Source: Candidatus Nanopelagicales bacterium
Lineage (GTDB): Bacteria > Actinomycetota > Actinomycetes > S36-B12
Direction: 5' to 3'
Assembly (NCBI GenBank): GCA_044374195.1
Contig: JBILOY010000001.1
Span: 949 to 64,948 of the forward strand
Length of the DNA: 64,000 nucleotides
Within the stretch, counting starts at the first letter, position 1, and each line of letters starts with the position of its first letter. The position numbers and the translations under genes are program-made. Under the pieces are notes generated by a model. That model had not been told where the DNA came from and did no database searches. It worked only from the letters and a program-made list of their open reading frames with translations. Below, piece by piece: positions 48,884-59,726 of this stretch.

Positions 48884-49963
48884 CTATGCGTCGATGGGCT
48901 TGAGCTCGATCGGTGCATCGACATCGATGTCCTCAGCAACGTCAGCGACCTCGACGGTCTTCGGGACCCCGATACCCAAGAGCTCCTTGAGACGGCGCTC
49001 GATATCGCGGGCCAGATCGGGGTTGTCCTTGAGGAAGGTGCGAGCGTTCTCCTTGCCCTGGCCGAGCTGATCGCCCTCGTAGGTGTACCAGGCGCCGGAC
49101 TTCTTGACGACGCCATTGTCAACACCGAGATCGATCAGTGAACCCTCGCGCGAGATGCCCTCGCCGTAGAGGATGTCGAACTCGGCCTGCTTGAACGGCG
49201 GCGCGACCTTGTTCTTGACGACCTTGACGCGGGTGCGGTTGCCCACGGCCTCAGTGCCGCCCTTGAGTGTCTCAATGCGGCGAACGTCGAGGCGAACTGA
49301 CGCGTAGAACTTCAGTGCCTTGCCACCGGTGGTGGTCTCAGGCGAACCGAACATCACGCCGATCTTGTCGCGCAGCTGGTTGATGAAGATCGCGGTGGTG
49401 TTGGTGTTGCTCAACGCACCGGCCATCTTGCGCAGTGCCTGGCTCATCAGACGAGCTTGCAGGCCCATGTGACTATCACCCATCTCGCCCTCGATCTCAG
49501 CGCGCGGCACGAGTGCGGCGACCGAGTCAATAACGATGAGGTCGATGGCGCCGGAGCGCACCAGTGTGTCGGCGATCTCCAGTGCCTGCTCACCCGTATC
49601 GGGCTGGGCCACGTAGAGGTTGTCGAGATCGACGCCGAGCTTGGAGGCGTAGTCGGGGTCGAGGGCATGCTCAGCATCGATGAATGCCGCGAGGCCGCCG
49701 GCAGCTTGGACGTTGGCGATGGCGTGCAGAGCCACAGTGGTCTTGCCCGAGGACTCGGGGCCGTAGATCTCGACAATGCGGCCACGGGGGTAGCCGCCAA
49801 TACCGAGGGCGAGATCAAGGGCGATGGAGCCGGTCGGGATGACCTCGACGGGCGCGCGGCCGTCTTCGCCGAGGCGCATGACCGAGCCCTTGCCGAAGGC
49901 GCGCTCGATCTGGGCGAGTGCGGTCTCGAGGGCCTTCTCGCGGTCATTGGCGGTGCTTGCCAT
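48884..49963 (-). CDS. recA: recombinase RecA (no intein)
   Basis: [26 protein letters not shown]...[16 protein letters not shown]...[14 protein letters not shown] 49961-49963 has an AGGAG Shine-Dalgarno sequence. The ORF-track start at 50071 is an extension. Confidence 0.97.
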   Translation of the reverse strand: MASTANDREKALETALAQIERAFGKGSVMRLGEDGRAPVEVIPTGSIALDLALGIGGYPRGRIVEIYGPESSGKTTVALHAIANVQAAGGLAAFIDAEHALDPDYASKLGVDLDNLYVAQPDTGEQALEIADTLVRSGAIDLIVIDSVAALVPRAEIEGEMGDSHMGLQARLMSQALRKMAGALSNTNTTAIFINQLRDKIGVMFGSPETTTGGKALKFYASVRLDVRRIETLKGGTEAVGNRTRVKVVKNKVAPPFKQAEFDILYGEGISREGSLIDLGVDNGVVKKSGAWYTYEGDQLGQGKENARTFLKDNPDLARDIERRLKELLGIGVPKTVEVADVAEDIDVDAPIELKPIDA

Positions 49964-50096
49964 GGTGGCTCCTGTTCGTCGTGATGTCGCGGATGACGTC
50001 GTGTCTTCGGAACCTAAACGGACCCTCTGACACTGGTGACCTGCAATTCCCGGCTGGGGATCGCCGGTCACCCGGTCTCACAACCCAGAACCTATA

Positions 50097-50112
50097 TCGA
50101 ACAGGCGTTCGA
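50097..50112. promoter_or_regulatory. LexA (SOS) box upstream of recA
   Basis: TCGAACAGGCGTTCGA is a perfect TCGAAC-N4-GTTCGA, located 134-149 nt upstream of the recA ATG. Confidence 0.85.
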
Positions 50113-50166
50113 ATGAAAGCGACACGCCGATATCCGCGTGTCGGGCCCTTTCCATGAGGGCTCGGC

Positions 50167-50859
50167 TCAGCTCGAATGGGGTCCGTGGTCGAGGTGCTCC
50201 CCCACGGCTGCCCGCACAGCGGCATCATCACGGGGCAGCCCTACGGCGGCATAGGCCTCGATCAGGCGCTGGGGATCGTCATTCCAGGCGCCGTACTCGA
50301 GAACGGCAGCTCGGCCCGGACCCAGTAGTCGGTTGAGATCATCGGCTGCCTGGATGAGCCAATCGTTGGTCGTGGCGATCACTGCTTCGGCTGAGTCATT
50401 GCCGGGCCACCAGCCGCTGCGCGCAGCCTCTGCCGCATCGCGGATATTGAACAGGTAGACGATGCCCGGCATGAGCTTGTTCAAGAACAGCAGGTAATCG
50501 AGCAACAGGTCGTAATCGGCGAAATGCCCGGGCTCGTAGCGAACCTCCTTGAACCCCACGACCGTGGTGTCCTTGCCCGGTCGAAGCACGGTCTCAACCA
50601 CGTGCCGACGCAGATCATCGACCACATCGGTGGGGCTGAGCTTGGCCGAGCCGTACCAGGGGTTATTGGGACGGCCAGAAGTGTGACGATCGGAGGTCTC
50701 GGCGATCGACTGCACGTAGTCGTGCAAGCCGCGAAAGGCGTTGTAGTTCTCGCCGCGCACCAAGACCCCGGGCAGTGCGTTCAGCGTGGCCTGGATCGCG
50801 GTGCTGCCGGTGCGTCCATAGGTCACCACGGTGAGATACCGCAAGGGCTTTCGGCGCAT
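50167..50859 (-). CDS. sulfotransferase family protein (Stf0-like, PAPS-binding loop)
   Basis: It has an N-terminal TYGRTGST loop resembling the 5'-phosphosulfate-binding motif, and is about 230 aa. The family assignment is by resemblance only. Confidence 0.6.
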   Translation of the reverse strand: MRRKPLRYLTVVTYGRTGSTAIQATLNALPGVLVRGENYNAFRGLHDYVQSIAETSDRHTSGRPNNPWYGSAKLSPTDVVDDLRRHVVETVLRPGKDTTVVGFKEVRYEPGHFADYDLLLDYLLFLNKLMPGIVYLFNIRDAAEAARSGWWPGNDSAEAVIATTNDWLIQAADDLNRLLGPGRAAVLEYGAWNDDPQRLIEAYAAVGLPRDDAAVRAAVGEHLDHGPHSS

Positions 50860-50902
50860 GAATTGAGCCTAGCCGCCAATGGGCGTGCCCGAGGTGAGCG
50901 AA

Positions 50903-51094
50903 TTAGGTCAAGGTTGACGGAACCTCGACGGTGTTGCACACCGCGCGCCAGATCTCCTTGGTATCGATACCCGCATCAATGGCACCTTGGGCACACACGC
51001 CAAGATCGGGAAGGACGACATCACGAGCCCATGAATAGGCGTAACTGGGGCCGAGGACTTCTTCCATGCGCTCCCAGAAATCGGTCAGGCGCAC
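50903..51094 (-). CDS. DUF3046 domain protein
   Basis: MRLTDFWERMEEVLGPSYAYSWARD.VLP.LG is the conserved small protein of the actinobacterial recA neighbourhood. Confidence 0.8.
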   Translation of the reverse strand: MRLTDFWERMEEVLGPSYAYSWARDVVLPDLGVCAQGAIDAGIDTKEIWRAVCNTVEVPSTLT

Positions 51095-51096
51095 GC

Positions 51097-51360
51097 TCAG
51101 ACCATGAGTGCGGAAACCGGCACCGTCTCGGCCTCGGCAATATGCGTGCTCACCGAAGACAGGACGTCAGACAGCGGAACCTCGAGCGCATCGCAGATCG
51201 CAGCGAGTAGCTCGGATGAAGCTTCCTTCTGGCCGCGCTCGACCTCGGACAGGTAGCCGAGCGATACAGCGGCGGCAGCCGAGACATCACGAAGGGTGCG
51301 GCCCTGATCTTGCCGACGACGACGAAGCTCATCGCCGATTACATGACGTAGAACGATCAT
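51097..51360 (-). CDS. clgR: XRE-family HTH transcriptional regulator, ClgR-like
   Basis: [56 protein letters not shown] closely parallels mycobacterial ClgR as I recall it. The start is ATG 51358-51360 with a GGGAGG Shine-Dalgarno sequence. Confidence 0.8.
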   Translation of the reverse strand: MIVLRHVIGDELRRRRQDQGRTLRDVSAAAAVSLGYLSEVERGQKEASSELLAAICDALEVPLSDVLSSVSTHIAEAETVPVSALMV

Positions 51361-51451
51361 GATGCCTCCCTTCTTGGTTCTGCTAACTCTAACGCTCGGC
51401 AGCGAGTTCGCATTCCCGGCCGCACAAGAACGATGAATTCTTACCTGGGGC

Positions 51452-51925
51452 TTACGCGGACGGCAGCTGCACAAGCTCGGTGGCCAGGGCGATCGCGGCC
51501 GCGGTCGCCCCCAGGCGGATATCTGCTCGGTTACCACTGAGGGCCAAGTGGCGCGTGTGAGTGCGCGAGGTCGTGCGATCGTGCACCCCGATCCAGACAC
51601 TGCCAGGCTCTTGGCCATCGAGGGGATCTGGCCCGGCCACGCCGGTAGTCGAGATACCGAGGTCGGCATCGAGCACCCGGCACGCGTGTCGGGCGAGCTC
51701 AGCGGCCACCTGCTCGCTCACCACATGCTCGAGATCCCTCGCGCTCAGGCCGAGCACGCTGCCCTTGACATCGGTCGCGTAGGCGACGACTCCCCCGCGA
51801 AAAACCGCAGAGCAACCGGGCACGTCGGCGATCGATGCCGAGACGAGACCCGCGGTCAAAGACTCGGCTGTGCCGATGGTCAGGCCCCGGCTCACGCATG
51901 CCGACACGAGATCAGCCGCTCTCAC
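51452..51925 (-). CDS. CinA-family nicotinamide-nucleotide amidohydrolase (PncC domain only)
   Basis: [30 protein letters not shown] is the CinA C-terminal domain signature. Confidence 0.85.
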   Translation of the reverse strand: MRAADLVSACVSRGLTIGTAESLTAGLVSASIADVPGCSAVFRGGVVAYATDVKGSVLGLSARDLEHVVSEQVAAELARHACRVLDADLGISTTGVAGPDPLDGQEPGSVWIGVHDRTTSRTHTRHLALSGNRADIRLGATAAAIALATELVQLPSA

Positions 51926-52551
51926 TGCACAATCCCGTCAGTGGACTCACTGCCTCGCGGAAGACGGCGAAGACGCAGGGCGTGGCGCACGTAATCGAGT
52001 CCGGTAACGATCGTGAGCACCACAGCGATACCCATCGCCACCTGCGACAGCGGAATCCACCAGTCGAGCGATGGCACGTCAACCAAGTACATGGTGATCG
52101 CGACGGTCTGCGCGAGAGTCTTCGCCTTGCCACCTCTGCTCGCCGGAATCACGCCGTGGCGAATGACCCACACGCGCAGGCCAGTGACCCCAAGCTCACG
52201 CACCAAAATCACGACTGTGATCCACCAGGCCAGATCGCCCATGATTGACAGCGAGATGAGCGCGACACCTGTCAACGCCTTGTCCGCAATCGGGTCTGCG
52301 ATCTTGCCGAAGTTCGTGACCTGACCCCGGCGCCGAGCGATGGCACCATCGAGAAGATCAGTGATGGAGGCGAGTACGAACACGAGCGCCGCAAGATCGC
52401 GAAGATTGCCACGGTCACCGTTGTCGGCAAACAACAGGTAGGCCATCAGTGGCACGCACAGCACACGAAATGCAGTCAACGCATTCGGGATGTTCAGGAT
52501 GCGAGTGTCGCCTACGCGATCACCGGCATGGTCGAGCTGGTTCACGCGCAT
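51922..52551 (-). CDS. pgsA: CDP-diacylglycerol--glycerol-3-phosphate 3-phosphatidyltransferase
   Basis: The CDP-alcohol phosphatransferase motif [27 protein letters not shown] is present. Confidence 0.9.
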   Translation of the reverse strand: MRVNQLDHAGDRVGDTRILNIPNALTAFRVLCVPLMAYLLFADNGDRGNLRDLAALVFVLASITDLLDGAIARRRGQVTNFGKIADPIADKALTGVALISLSIMGDLAWWITVVILVRELGVTGLRVWVIRHGVIPASRGGKAKTLAQTVAITMYLVDVPSLDWWIPLSQVAMGIAVVLTIVTGLDYVRHALRLRRLPRGSESTDGIVQ

Positions 52552-53975
52552 TCCGCGATGAGATCGACGCCATCGGTGCCGACAACCTCGCAGTCGAGCA
52601 CATCGCCCACCGCGACCTCGAGATCGCCGATGAACACCAGACTGCCTGCGTCATCAGGGCCTTGATGCCCGGAACGGCCCACGGCAATGCGATCGCCGTC
52701 ATCATTGACCTCGACTGATTCGACGAGAACGCGCACGCTGGTTCCGATGCGATCCTCGGCACGCTGCAGCATGATCTCCTCGGCCAGAGCAGTGACCTCT
52801 TCGACGCGGGAGCGAATGAGGTCATCGTCGATCTTGCCGTCGAGCGTGGCTGCCTCGGTGCCGTCTTCGTCGCTGTAGCCGAAGACACCGACAGCATCCA
52901 TGCGCGCGCGCTCGATGAAATCCAGGAGCGCGGCAAACTCCTCGTCGGTCTCTCCAGGGAACCCGACGATCACATTGCTGCGGATTCCGGCCTCGGGCGA
53001 CAGCGTGCGAATCTGGTCGATCAGCGCAAGGAACTCCTCGGTACCGCCGAAGCGACGCATCCGACGCAGAACGGTCGGGCTCGCGTGCTGGAAGGAGAGG
53101 TCGAAGTAGGGGGCGACGATCGCAGTCTTCGCGATCGCCGCGAGTAGGCCCGGCCGAACCTCCGCCGGCTGCAGATAAGCCACGCGAATGCGATCAATGC
53201 CCTCGACCGCGCCGATTTCACCGAGGAAGGTTTCGAGCAGGCGAATATCGCCGAGATCCTTGCCGTAGGAGGTCGAGTTCTCGCTGACCAGCACTACCTC
53301 GCGAACTCCCTCACCGGCGAGCCAGATGATCTCGGCCATGACATCGGCCGGCGGACGCGACACAAATGAACCGCGGAACGACGGGATAGCACAAAAGGAG
53401 CAACGGCGATCGCAGCCCGAGGCCAGCTTGACCGGGGCAACAGGGCTGCCGTCGAGACGGCGACGAAGTACGGGCGGAGCCCAGGCGGTGGTGACCTCGG
53501 GCATCTGCGCGTGACCGGGAATCGAGGCCGTGGAGGAGTCACGATCAACCGGTGAAATGGGCAGGAGATGACGGCGATCCTTCGGAGCATGCGGCACATG
53601 CACGGCGCCGCCGACGATGCTGCGAAGCCGCTCGGCAATATCGGGATAGTCATCGAATCCGAGTACGGCATCAGCCTCGGGAAGTGAATCGGCAAGCTCG
53701 GCACCGTAGCGCTCGGAAAGGCAGCCGACCGCGACCACGGTCTGCGGTCCACCCGCAGTGCCCTTCAGATCAGCGGCGGCGAGCACGGCGTCAATGGAGT
53801 CCTTCTTCGCCACTTCGACGAAACCGCATGTGTTCACGAGCACCGCACTTGCCTCGGCGGGGTCGTCCACGATGGTCCAGCCGGCGGCGGCCAGACGACC
53901 GGCTAACTCCTCGGAATCGACCTCATTGCGGGCACAGCCCAAGGTGACGAGCGCAACGGTGTCAGGGGTACTCAC
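52542..53975 (-). CDS. rimO: ribosomal protein S12 methylthiotransferase
   Basis: [16 protein letters not shown], the radical-SAM motif [11 protein letters not shown] and a TRAM domain are present. The gene overlaps pgsA by 10 nt. Confidence 0.9.
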   Translation of the reverse strand: MSTPDTVALVTLGCARNEVDSEELAGRLAAAGWTIVDDPAEASAVLVNTCGFVEVAKKDSIDAVLAAADLKGTAGGPQTVVAVGCLSERYGAELADSLPEADAVLGFDDYPDIAERLRSIVGGAVHVPHAPKDRRHLLPISPVDRDSSTASIPGHAQMPEVTTAWAPPVLRRRLDGSPVAPVKLASGCDRRCSFCAIPSFRGSFVSRPPADVMAEIIWLAGEGVREVVLVSENSTSYGKDLGDIRLLETFLGEIGAVEGIDRIRVAYLQPAEVRPGLLAAIAKTAIVAPYFDLSFQHASPTVLRRMRRFGGTEEFLALIDQIRTLSPEAGIRSNVIVGFPGETDEEFAALLDFIERARMDAVGVFGYSDEDGTEAATLDGKIDDDLIRSRVEEVTALAEEIMLQRAEDRIGTSVRVLVESVEVNDDGDRIAVGRSGHQGPDDAGSLVFIGDLEVAVGDVLDCEVVGTDGVDLIAECA

Positions 53976-54009
53976 TCCCCCAGCCTACGCAGGGGTACCG
54001 AAAGCACTC

Positions 54010-54252
54010 TCAGTAGTCGATCCCAGGCGACTGAGCGTCGAAGACGTGTGCGATCTCGTCGGGATCCAGACCGATAATCGGGGCCATCATGCGCACCTGC
54101 GCCCGGGCGTAGACGGCGCCCCCGCAAAGACTGAAATCATCGCCTTCCATGGCCACGATGATCGAAGCTCGCAGACGCGTAGCTGCGGCTACGTCGGCAA
54201 TCGACATACCCAACTGCTCACGGGCGGAGCGCAGCTGTGGGCCGACCGTCAT
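54010..54252 (-). CDS. small helix-turn-helix protein (RodZ N-terminal-like HTH)
   Basis: MTVGPQLRSAREQLGMSIADVAAATRLRASIIVAMEGDDFS. I moved the start to ATG 54250-54252 so that the gene does not overlap ftsK. Confidence 0.7.
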   Translation of the reverse strand: MTVGPQLRSAREQLGMSIADVAAATRLRASIIVAMEGDDFSLCGGAVYARAQVRMMAPIIGLDPDEIAHVFDAQSPGIDY

Positions 54253-54382
54253 CTGACGTTCACCTCGCTCATGTCGACCCGGCATCCGATACCCGCAGGT
54301 TAGTCGTGTTCTCGGATGCCGGCACGTCAATTCACGTCCTGAACTCCAGGGACCAAGCCCGACAACGGCCTGAACTAAGGGT

Positions 54383-56923
54383 CTATTCCTCGCCGCGAAT
54401 GAGCGCGAGAACCGACGGCAGCTCATCCGGTGCAACCAGCACGTCGCGAGCCTTGGAACCCTCGCTGGGGCCAACGACACCGCGGGACTCCATGAGATCC
54501 ATAAGACGTCCGGCCTTGGCGAATCCCACGCGCAGCTTGCGCTGGAGCATCGAGGTGGAACCGAACTGGGTCGAGACGACCAGTTCGACCGCCTGGATCA
54601 GCACGTCGAGATCGTCGCCGATATCGGCATCGATTTCCTTATTGCTGGTCGGCGCCGCGGTGACCTCGTCGATGAACTGGGTCTCCATCTGGGTCTTCGC
54701 ATGAGCCACGACCGCGCGGATCTCATTCTCGGAGACGAAGGCACCCTGGATGCGCAGCGACTTGTTCGCGCCCATCGGCAAGAACAGGCCATCACCTTGA
54801 CCGACGAGTTTCTCAGCACCCGCCTGATCGAGGATGACGCGACTGTCGGCGAGACTCGAGGTTGCGAACGCGAGCCGGCTGGGAACATTTGCCTTGATCA
54901 GACCGGTGACGACGTCGACGCTCGGGCGCTGAGTGGCAAGCACCAGGTGGATGCCGGCTGCGCGTGCGAGCTGGGTGATGCGCACGATTGAATCCTCGAC
55001 ATCACGCGGAGCGACCATCATGAGATCGGCGAGCTCGTCGACGATGACGAGAAGGTACGGGTAGGGCTCAAGCACTCGCTCACTGCCCGGCAGCGGAGCA
55101 ATCTTGCCCGAGCGCACGGCCTTATTGAAGTCGTCGATGTGACGGAAGCCGAAGTGGGCGAGATCGTCGTATCGACGATCCATTTCCTTGACGACCCAGG
55201 CGAGTGCGTCCGCGGCCTTCTTCGGGTTCGTGATGATCGGGGTGATCAGGTGCGGAACCCCTTCGTACGCTGTCAGTTCGACGCGCTTGGGGTCGACCAG
55301 GATCATGCGCACCTCCTGCGGAGTAGCACGCATCAGGATCGAGGTAATCAACGAGTTGATGCAGCTGGACTTGCCTGCGCCGGTTGCGCCTGCCACGAGA
55401 ATGTGGGGCATCTTCGCGAGGTTGGCGACGATGAAGCCGCCCTCGACATCCTTGCCCAGCGCTACGACCATCGGATGCTGCTCCGAGACGGCCGCCTTGC
55501 TGCGCAAGACGTCACCTAGGGCCACGAGTTCGCGGTCGGCGTTCGGGATCTCGATGCCAATGGCCTTCTTGCCCGGGATCGGACTGAGGATTCGCACATC
55601 AGCGCTGGCCACGGCGTATGCGATGTTCTTGCTCAGCGCCGTGACGCGCTCCACCTTCACACTCGGGCCGAGCTCGATCTCGTAGCGCGTGACTGTCGGT
55701 CCGCGCATGAAGCCGGTGACTGTCGCATCGATGCCGAACTGTTCCAACACCTCGGTGAGCGCGGTGACGACCTGGTCATTGACTTTCGTCGCGGTCTTGT
55801 GCGCCGGGCCTTGCTTCAACATTGACATGTCAGGCAGCGTGAAGACGACGTTGCCAGACAGCGGCAGTTGCGTGGGCTTGGGGGCGGGAGTAGCCGAGGG
55901 CTTGGCGATCTCCACCGTGGCGTGACGTGCGCTGTGACCTTCGATGGCCACGGTGTGCGCGGTATCTACGGCGGGCTCTGCGGGCGTGACTCCGACCATC
56001 AAGATCGCTGCGGGGCGTTCTTCGTCCTCTTCCGCAAGCGGGGTGATGAAGGGCTCATCCCCGGCGAGTTCTCCGAGAGTTGCCGCGATGTCCTCATCGC
56101 CGTCAAACTCCTCTATGCTCTCGCGCCCGCCGCCTCCACCACTGCCATGGCGCAGCCAGGTGAAGAGCGCGGAGCCGCCCTCGCGTAGGGAGGCGAAGGA
56201 GGTACCCGTGAGAACGAGCAGGCCGAAGGCGAGCAGCACAAGCAGAAGCAGGCCGGTGACGATCGGCCCAATCGCCGACGAGAGCGGCGCCGTGGCGATC
56301 CAGCCGATGACTCCGCCGGCACTGTCCATCGCGAAGGCGCCATCACTCGGGGTTGGGATTCCGCAGATCACGTGCCACAGGCCCAACACGGCGATCAACG
56401 TCATCGTTCCGCCGATGATGCGCCGACCAGTGGTCGCGCGATCATCGGGATGACGCAAGATGCGCCAGGCCAGCGCAATGAGAATGATCGGAACTGTCCA
56501 GTCCAGGGCCCCGAGGAAGGCACCGGCCAGCAGCGGGAGCCAGGAGACGAACCAGGTGTCGAAACCGAGCCAGATCGTGGCGATGGCAGCGGCGGCCAGC
56601 ACGAGAAGCGCGAGACCGAATCCGTCGCGGTGTAGCTCAGGATCAGTGTCGTTGTCACGACGACGGATAGCGCGAGTGGCGTTGCCGGTCATGCGTGCGG
56701 TGCCCACCCAGGCAGCGCTCAGTCCGCGGCCGGCGCCGTGCAGGGCACGAACCAACAGGCCCGGGCCCGTGGCAGGCCTACGCGCCGGGGACTTCTTCTT
56801 CGCGGTCGGCCGCTTGGCCGATCCCCCACGGGAGGACGCCTTTCGTGCGGGCGCGGACTTATGGTCGCTGGGGGAAGATCCGCGGGCTGACTTTCGGGCA
56901 GGCGCGGACGTGCGGGAAGCCAT
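54383..56923 (-). CDS. ftsK: DNA translocase FtsK
   Basis: A basic N-terminus, 4 TM segments, a linker, the motor domain (PHILVAGATGAGKSSCIN, LLVIVDELADLM) and a gamma winged helix (STSMLQRKLRVGFAKAGRLMDLME). Confidence 0.95.
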   Translation of the reverse strand: MASRTSAPARKSARGSSPSDHKSAPARKASSRGGSAKRPTAKKKSPARRPATGPGLLVRALHGAGRGLSAAWVGTARMTGNATRAIRRRDNDTDPELHRDGFGLALLVLAAAAIATIWLGFDTWFVSWLPLLAGAFLGALDWTVPIILIALAWRILRHPDDRATTGRRIIGGTMTLIAVLGLWHVICGIPTPSDGAFAMDSAGGVIGWIATAPLSSAIGPIVTGLLLLVLLAFGLLVLTGTSFASLREGGSALFTWLRHGSGGGGGRESIEEFDGDEDIAATLGELAGDEPFITPLAEEDEERPAAILMVGVTPAEPAVDTAHTVAIEGHSARHATVEIAKPSATPAPKPTQLPLSGNVVFTLPDMSMLKQGPAHKTATKVNDQVVTALTEVLEQFGIDATVTGFMRGPTVTRYEIELGPSVKVERVTALSKNIAYAVASADVRILSPIPGKKAIGIEIPNADRELVALGDVLRSKAAVSEQHPMVVALGKDVEGGFIVANLAKMPHILVAGATGAGKSSCINSLITSILMRATPQEVRMILVDPKRVELTAYEGVPHLITPIITNPKKAADALAWVVKEMDRRYDDLAHFGFRHIDDFNKAVRSGKIAPLPGSERVLEPYPYLLVIVDELADLMMVAPRDVEDSIVRITQLARAAGIHLVLATQRPSVDVVTGLIKANVPSRLAFATSSLADSRVILDQAGAEKLVGQGDGLFLPMGANKSLRIQGAFVSENEIRAVVAHAKTQMETQFIDEVTAAPTSNKEIDADIGDDLDVLIQAVELVVSTQFGSTSMLQRKLRVGFAKAGRLMDLMESRGVVGPSEGSKARDVLVAPDELPSVLALIRGEE

Positions 56924-57043
56924 AACCGCAGCCTAGGGGCGATGCCCCATCAGTCACGGTAGTCACACGCGCAACATCGGGCGTGTCGTCAGGTGGGGCA
57001 GACCTACGCCACTCCCTTATAGAGGCGCCGCTCCGGGGCTCAC

Positions 57044-57071
57044 GTCCACTCGCCCCTTCGGCGCGGTGGAC
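57044..57071 (-). terminator. imperfect hairpin downstream of rnj
   Basis: gtccactcgcc-ccttc-ggcgcggtggac lies 13 nt after the rnj stop. Confidence 0.35.
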
Positions 57072-57083
57072 GCTCACTGCTCG

Positions 57084-58763
57084 CTACGCCTCAATGACCA
57101 CCGGAACGATCATCGGCCTGCGCCGATGCTTCGTGCTGACCCACCTACCCACCTCGCGGCGGACTCGCTGCTGCAGGTCATGGGGGTCGTTCTGGCCTTC
57201 GCGAAGGGCGGATTCGAGGATCTCGCGGACCTTCTCGAGTATCGGCTCGAACTCGTGATCGGCCAAGCCGAGCCCGCGGGCATGGATCTCTGGGCCGGCT
57301 ACGACCTTGGAGTCGACCATGTCGACCGCGGCGAAGATGGAGATGAAGCCCTCCTCGCCCAGCACGCGGCGGTCCTTGAGCAAGGTCTCGGTGACATCAC
57401 CGACGCTGGAGCCATCGACATAGACGAACCCGACCGGGTGGTAGCCCACTGTGCGGGCCACGCCGTCGACGAGATCGACTACGACACCGTCGTCGGCCAA
57501 GATCACGTGCTGATTGTCGATGCCCACGCTGTTGGCAATCGCGGCATTCGCGCGCAAGTGACGCCATTCGCCGTGAACGGGGAATGCGTAGCGCGGCTTG
57601 ACGATGTTGTAGACGTAGCGCAGCTCGCCGGCAGAGGCATGCCCTGACACGTGCACGAGCGCATTGCCCTTGTGCACGATCGTGGCGCCGAGCTTGGTCA
57701 GGCCATTGATCACTCGGTTGACCGAGTTCTCGTTGCCGGGGATGAGCGACGAGGCCAGCACGATGGTGTCGTTCGGGCCGACGCTGATCGGGTGGTCGCG
57801 ATTGGCAATGCGCGACAGCACGGCCATCGGCTCACCCTGAGAGCCGGTGCAGATCAGCACCGCTTGGTCATCGGGAAGGTTCGTGAGCTCATCGCTGCCG
57901 ATCAGCGTGCTGCCCGGGACGTTCAGGTAGCCGAGATCGCGCGCAACACCCATATTGCGCACCATCGAACGGCCGACGAAGGCGACCTTGCGCCCGTGCA
58001 GAACCGCAACGTCGATGATCTGCTGCACGCGATGCACATGCGAGGCGAAGGACGCCACGATGATGCGACCCTCGGCACGCAGGAAAACCGAGTCGAGTAC
58101 GGGGATGATTTCGCGCTCACTGGGCACGAAGCCCGGAACCTCGGCGTTGGTGCTGTCGATCATGAGGATGTCGACACCTTCATCGCCTAAGCGCGCGAAG
58201 CCGTTGAGGTCAGTGATGCGCGAGTCGAGCGGTACCTGATCCATCTTGAAGTCGCCGGTGTGCAACACAGTGCCGGCGGGCGTGCGAATCGCGAGAGCGA
58301 GCGCATCGGGGATGGAGTGATTGACCGCGAGGAACTCGACATTGAACTGGCCGAGCTGAAGACGTTCGCCTTCCTTCACGATCGTGGTGTCGCCCTTGAT
58401 TCGATGCTCGCGCAGCTTGGCCTCGAGCAACGCCAGCGTGAGTTGCGAGCCGTAGATCGGGATACCCGGAGCATTGCGCAGCAGATAGGGCACAGCACCG
58501 ATGTGATCCTCATGGCCGTGGGTGAGCACCACGGCCACGACATCATCGAGGCGATCAGCGATCGGGGTGAAGTCAGGCAGGATCAGATCGATACCCGGCT
58601 GGGAATCCTCAGGGAACAGCACGCCGCAGTCGACGATGAGCAGCTTGCCCGCGAATTCGAAGACGGTCATATTGCGACCGATCTCGCCGAGACCACCCAG
58701 CGCGAACATGCGCAGGCCACCGTCAGGTAACGCCGGGGGCGTCGGAAGCTCGTTGTGGATCAT
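57084..58763 (-). CDS. rnj: ribonuclease J
   Basis: Metallo-beta-lactamase/beta-CASP motifs are present (LGGLGEIGRNM, LTHGHEDHIG). The start overlaps the dapA stop (ATGA). Confidence 0.95.
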   Translation of the reverse strand: MIHNELPTPPALPDGGLRMFALGGLGEIGRNMTVFEFAGKLLIVDCGVLFPEDSQPGIDLILPDFTPIADRLDDVVAVVLTHGHEDHIGAVPYLLRNAPGIPIYGSQLTLALLEAKLREHRIKGDTTIVKEGERLQLGQFNVEFLAVNHSIPDALALAIRTPAGTVLHTGDFKMDQVPLDSRITDLNGFARLGDEGVDILMIDSTNAEVPGFVPSEREIIPVLDSVFLRAEGRIIVASFASHVHRVQQIIDVAVLHGRKVAFVGRSMVRNMGVARDLGYLNVPGSTLIGSDELTNLPDDQAVLICTGSQGEPMAVLSRIANRDHPISVGPNDTIVLASSLIPGNENSVNRVINGLTKLGATIVHKGNALVHVSGHASAGELRYVYNIVKPRYAFPVHGEWRHLRANAAIANSVGIDNQHVILADDGVVVDLVDGVARTVGYHPVGFVYVDGSSVGDVTETLLKDRRVLGEEGFISIFAAVDMVDSKVVAGPEIHARGLGLADHEFEPILEKVREILESALREGQNDPHDLQQRVRREVGRWVSTKHRRRPMIVPVVIEA

Positions 58764-59671
58764 GCGGTAAATCCGCTGACCTGGCCCGCGGCCAGGTCTG
58801 CGCGCAACTGCGCCTTCTGCGCATCGGTTGCATCGACGAGCGGCAGGCGCACCGGACCACTGGGAAGGCCCTGCATCGCAAGCGCAGCCTTCGTCAAGAT
58901 CACGCCCTGCGTGCGGAACACACCGGTGTACACCGGAAGCAATGCGGCGTTAATCTCACGTGCGGCCTCGATGTCACCGGAAGCGTAGGCAACGGCCATG
59001 GCTTTGAGTCGATCTCCGACGAGGTGACCGACGACGGAGATCATTCCCGCACCGCCGATCGCGAGCATCGGAAGATTGAGGATGTCATCGCCGCAGTACC
59101 AGGCGAGATCAGTGCGCGCCATGCCCCATTGCGCTGAGTCGAGATCGCCCTTCGCATCCTTGTTCGCGACGATGCGCGGATGCTCAGCAATGCGCACGAT
59201 GGTCTCGGTCTCGATGGCAGTACCGGTTCGCTTGGGAATGTCGTAGGTGAGCATCGGAAGATCAGTGGCATCGGCAATCGCATGGAAGTGGGCGATGATG
59301 CCCTCCTGCGGCGGCCGGTTGTAATACGGCGTGACAGCCATGACTCCATGCGCGCCGGCTGCCGCTGCCGACTTCGCGACCGCAACTGAATGCGCCGTGT
59401 CATTGGTGCCGACACCGGCCAGGACGGTCGCGCGATCGCCGACCGCCTCGAGTACCGCCTTGAGGACCGCGAGGTCCTCGGCATCAGTCTTTGTGGCTGA
59501 TTCGCCAGTGGTGCCGTTGATGACCAGGCCGTCGTGGGCCAGGTTGTCGACGAGATGTGTCGCAAGGGTGGCAGCGCCGTCAAGATCGACGGAACCGTCA
59601 GCGTTGAACGGCGTGATCATCGCCGTGAGCATGACTCCGAATGGGGCCTGAGCAGAAGTGGGACCTGGCAT
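58760..59671 (-). CDS. dapA: 4-hydroxy-tetrahydrodipicolinate synthase
   Basis: ITPF..DGS.D......L..HL...G.DGLV.NGTTGE and the active-site context PYYNRP..EG are present. Confidence 0.95.
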   Translation of the reverse strand: MPGPTSAQAPFGVMLTAMITPFNADGSVDLDGAATLATHLVDNLAHDGLVINGTTGESATKTDAEDLAVLKAVLEAVGDRATVLAGVGTNDTAHSVAVAKSAAAAGAHGVMAVTPYYNRPPQEGIIAHFHAIADATDLPMLTYDIPKRTGTAIETETIVRIAEHPRIVANKDAKGDLDSAQWGMARTDLAWYCGDDILNLPMLAIGGAGMISVVGHLVGDRLKAMAVAYASGDIEAAREINAALLPVYTGVFRTQGVILTKAALAMQGLPSGPVRLPLVDATDAQKAQLRADLAAGQVSGFTA

Positions 59672-59726
59672 ACCCCAAGGCTAGCGTGAGGAGCCCTCGC
59701 GGCCACCATCGAACCAGGCGCTCAGG

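Noticed and set aside
50141-50166. A TGTCGG motif resembling the 5' half of the actinobacterial RecA-NDp (PafBC-dependent) promoter.
   Set aside because: It is on the wrong strand relative to recA, and the required TAnnnT element at the N8 spacing is missing.
51390-51420. Palindromic CGCT-N4-AGCG and GTTCGC-N5-CGG sequences upstream of clgR, considered as a possible ClgR operator.
   Set aside because: The spacing does not fit the CGC-N5-GCG type consensus I remember (6 nt instead of 5). The second element is on the opposite strand with an imperfect 3' half. This is too weak to call.
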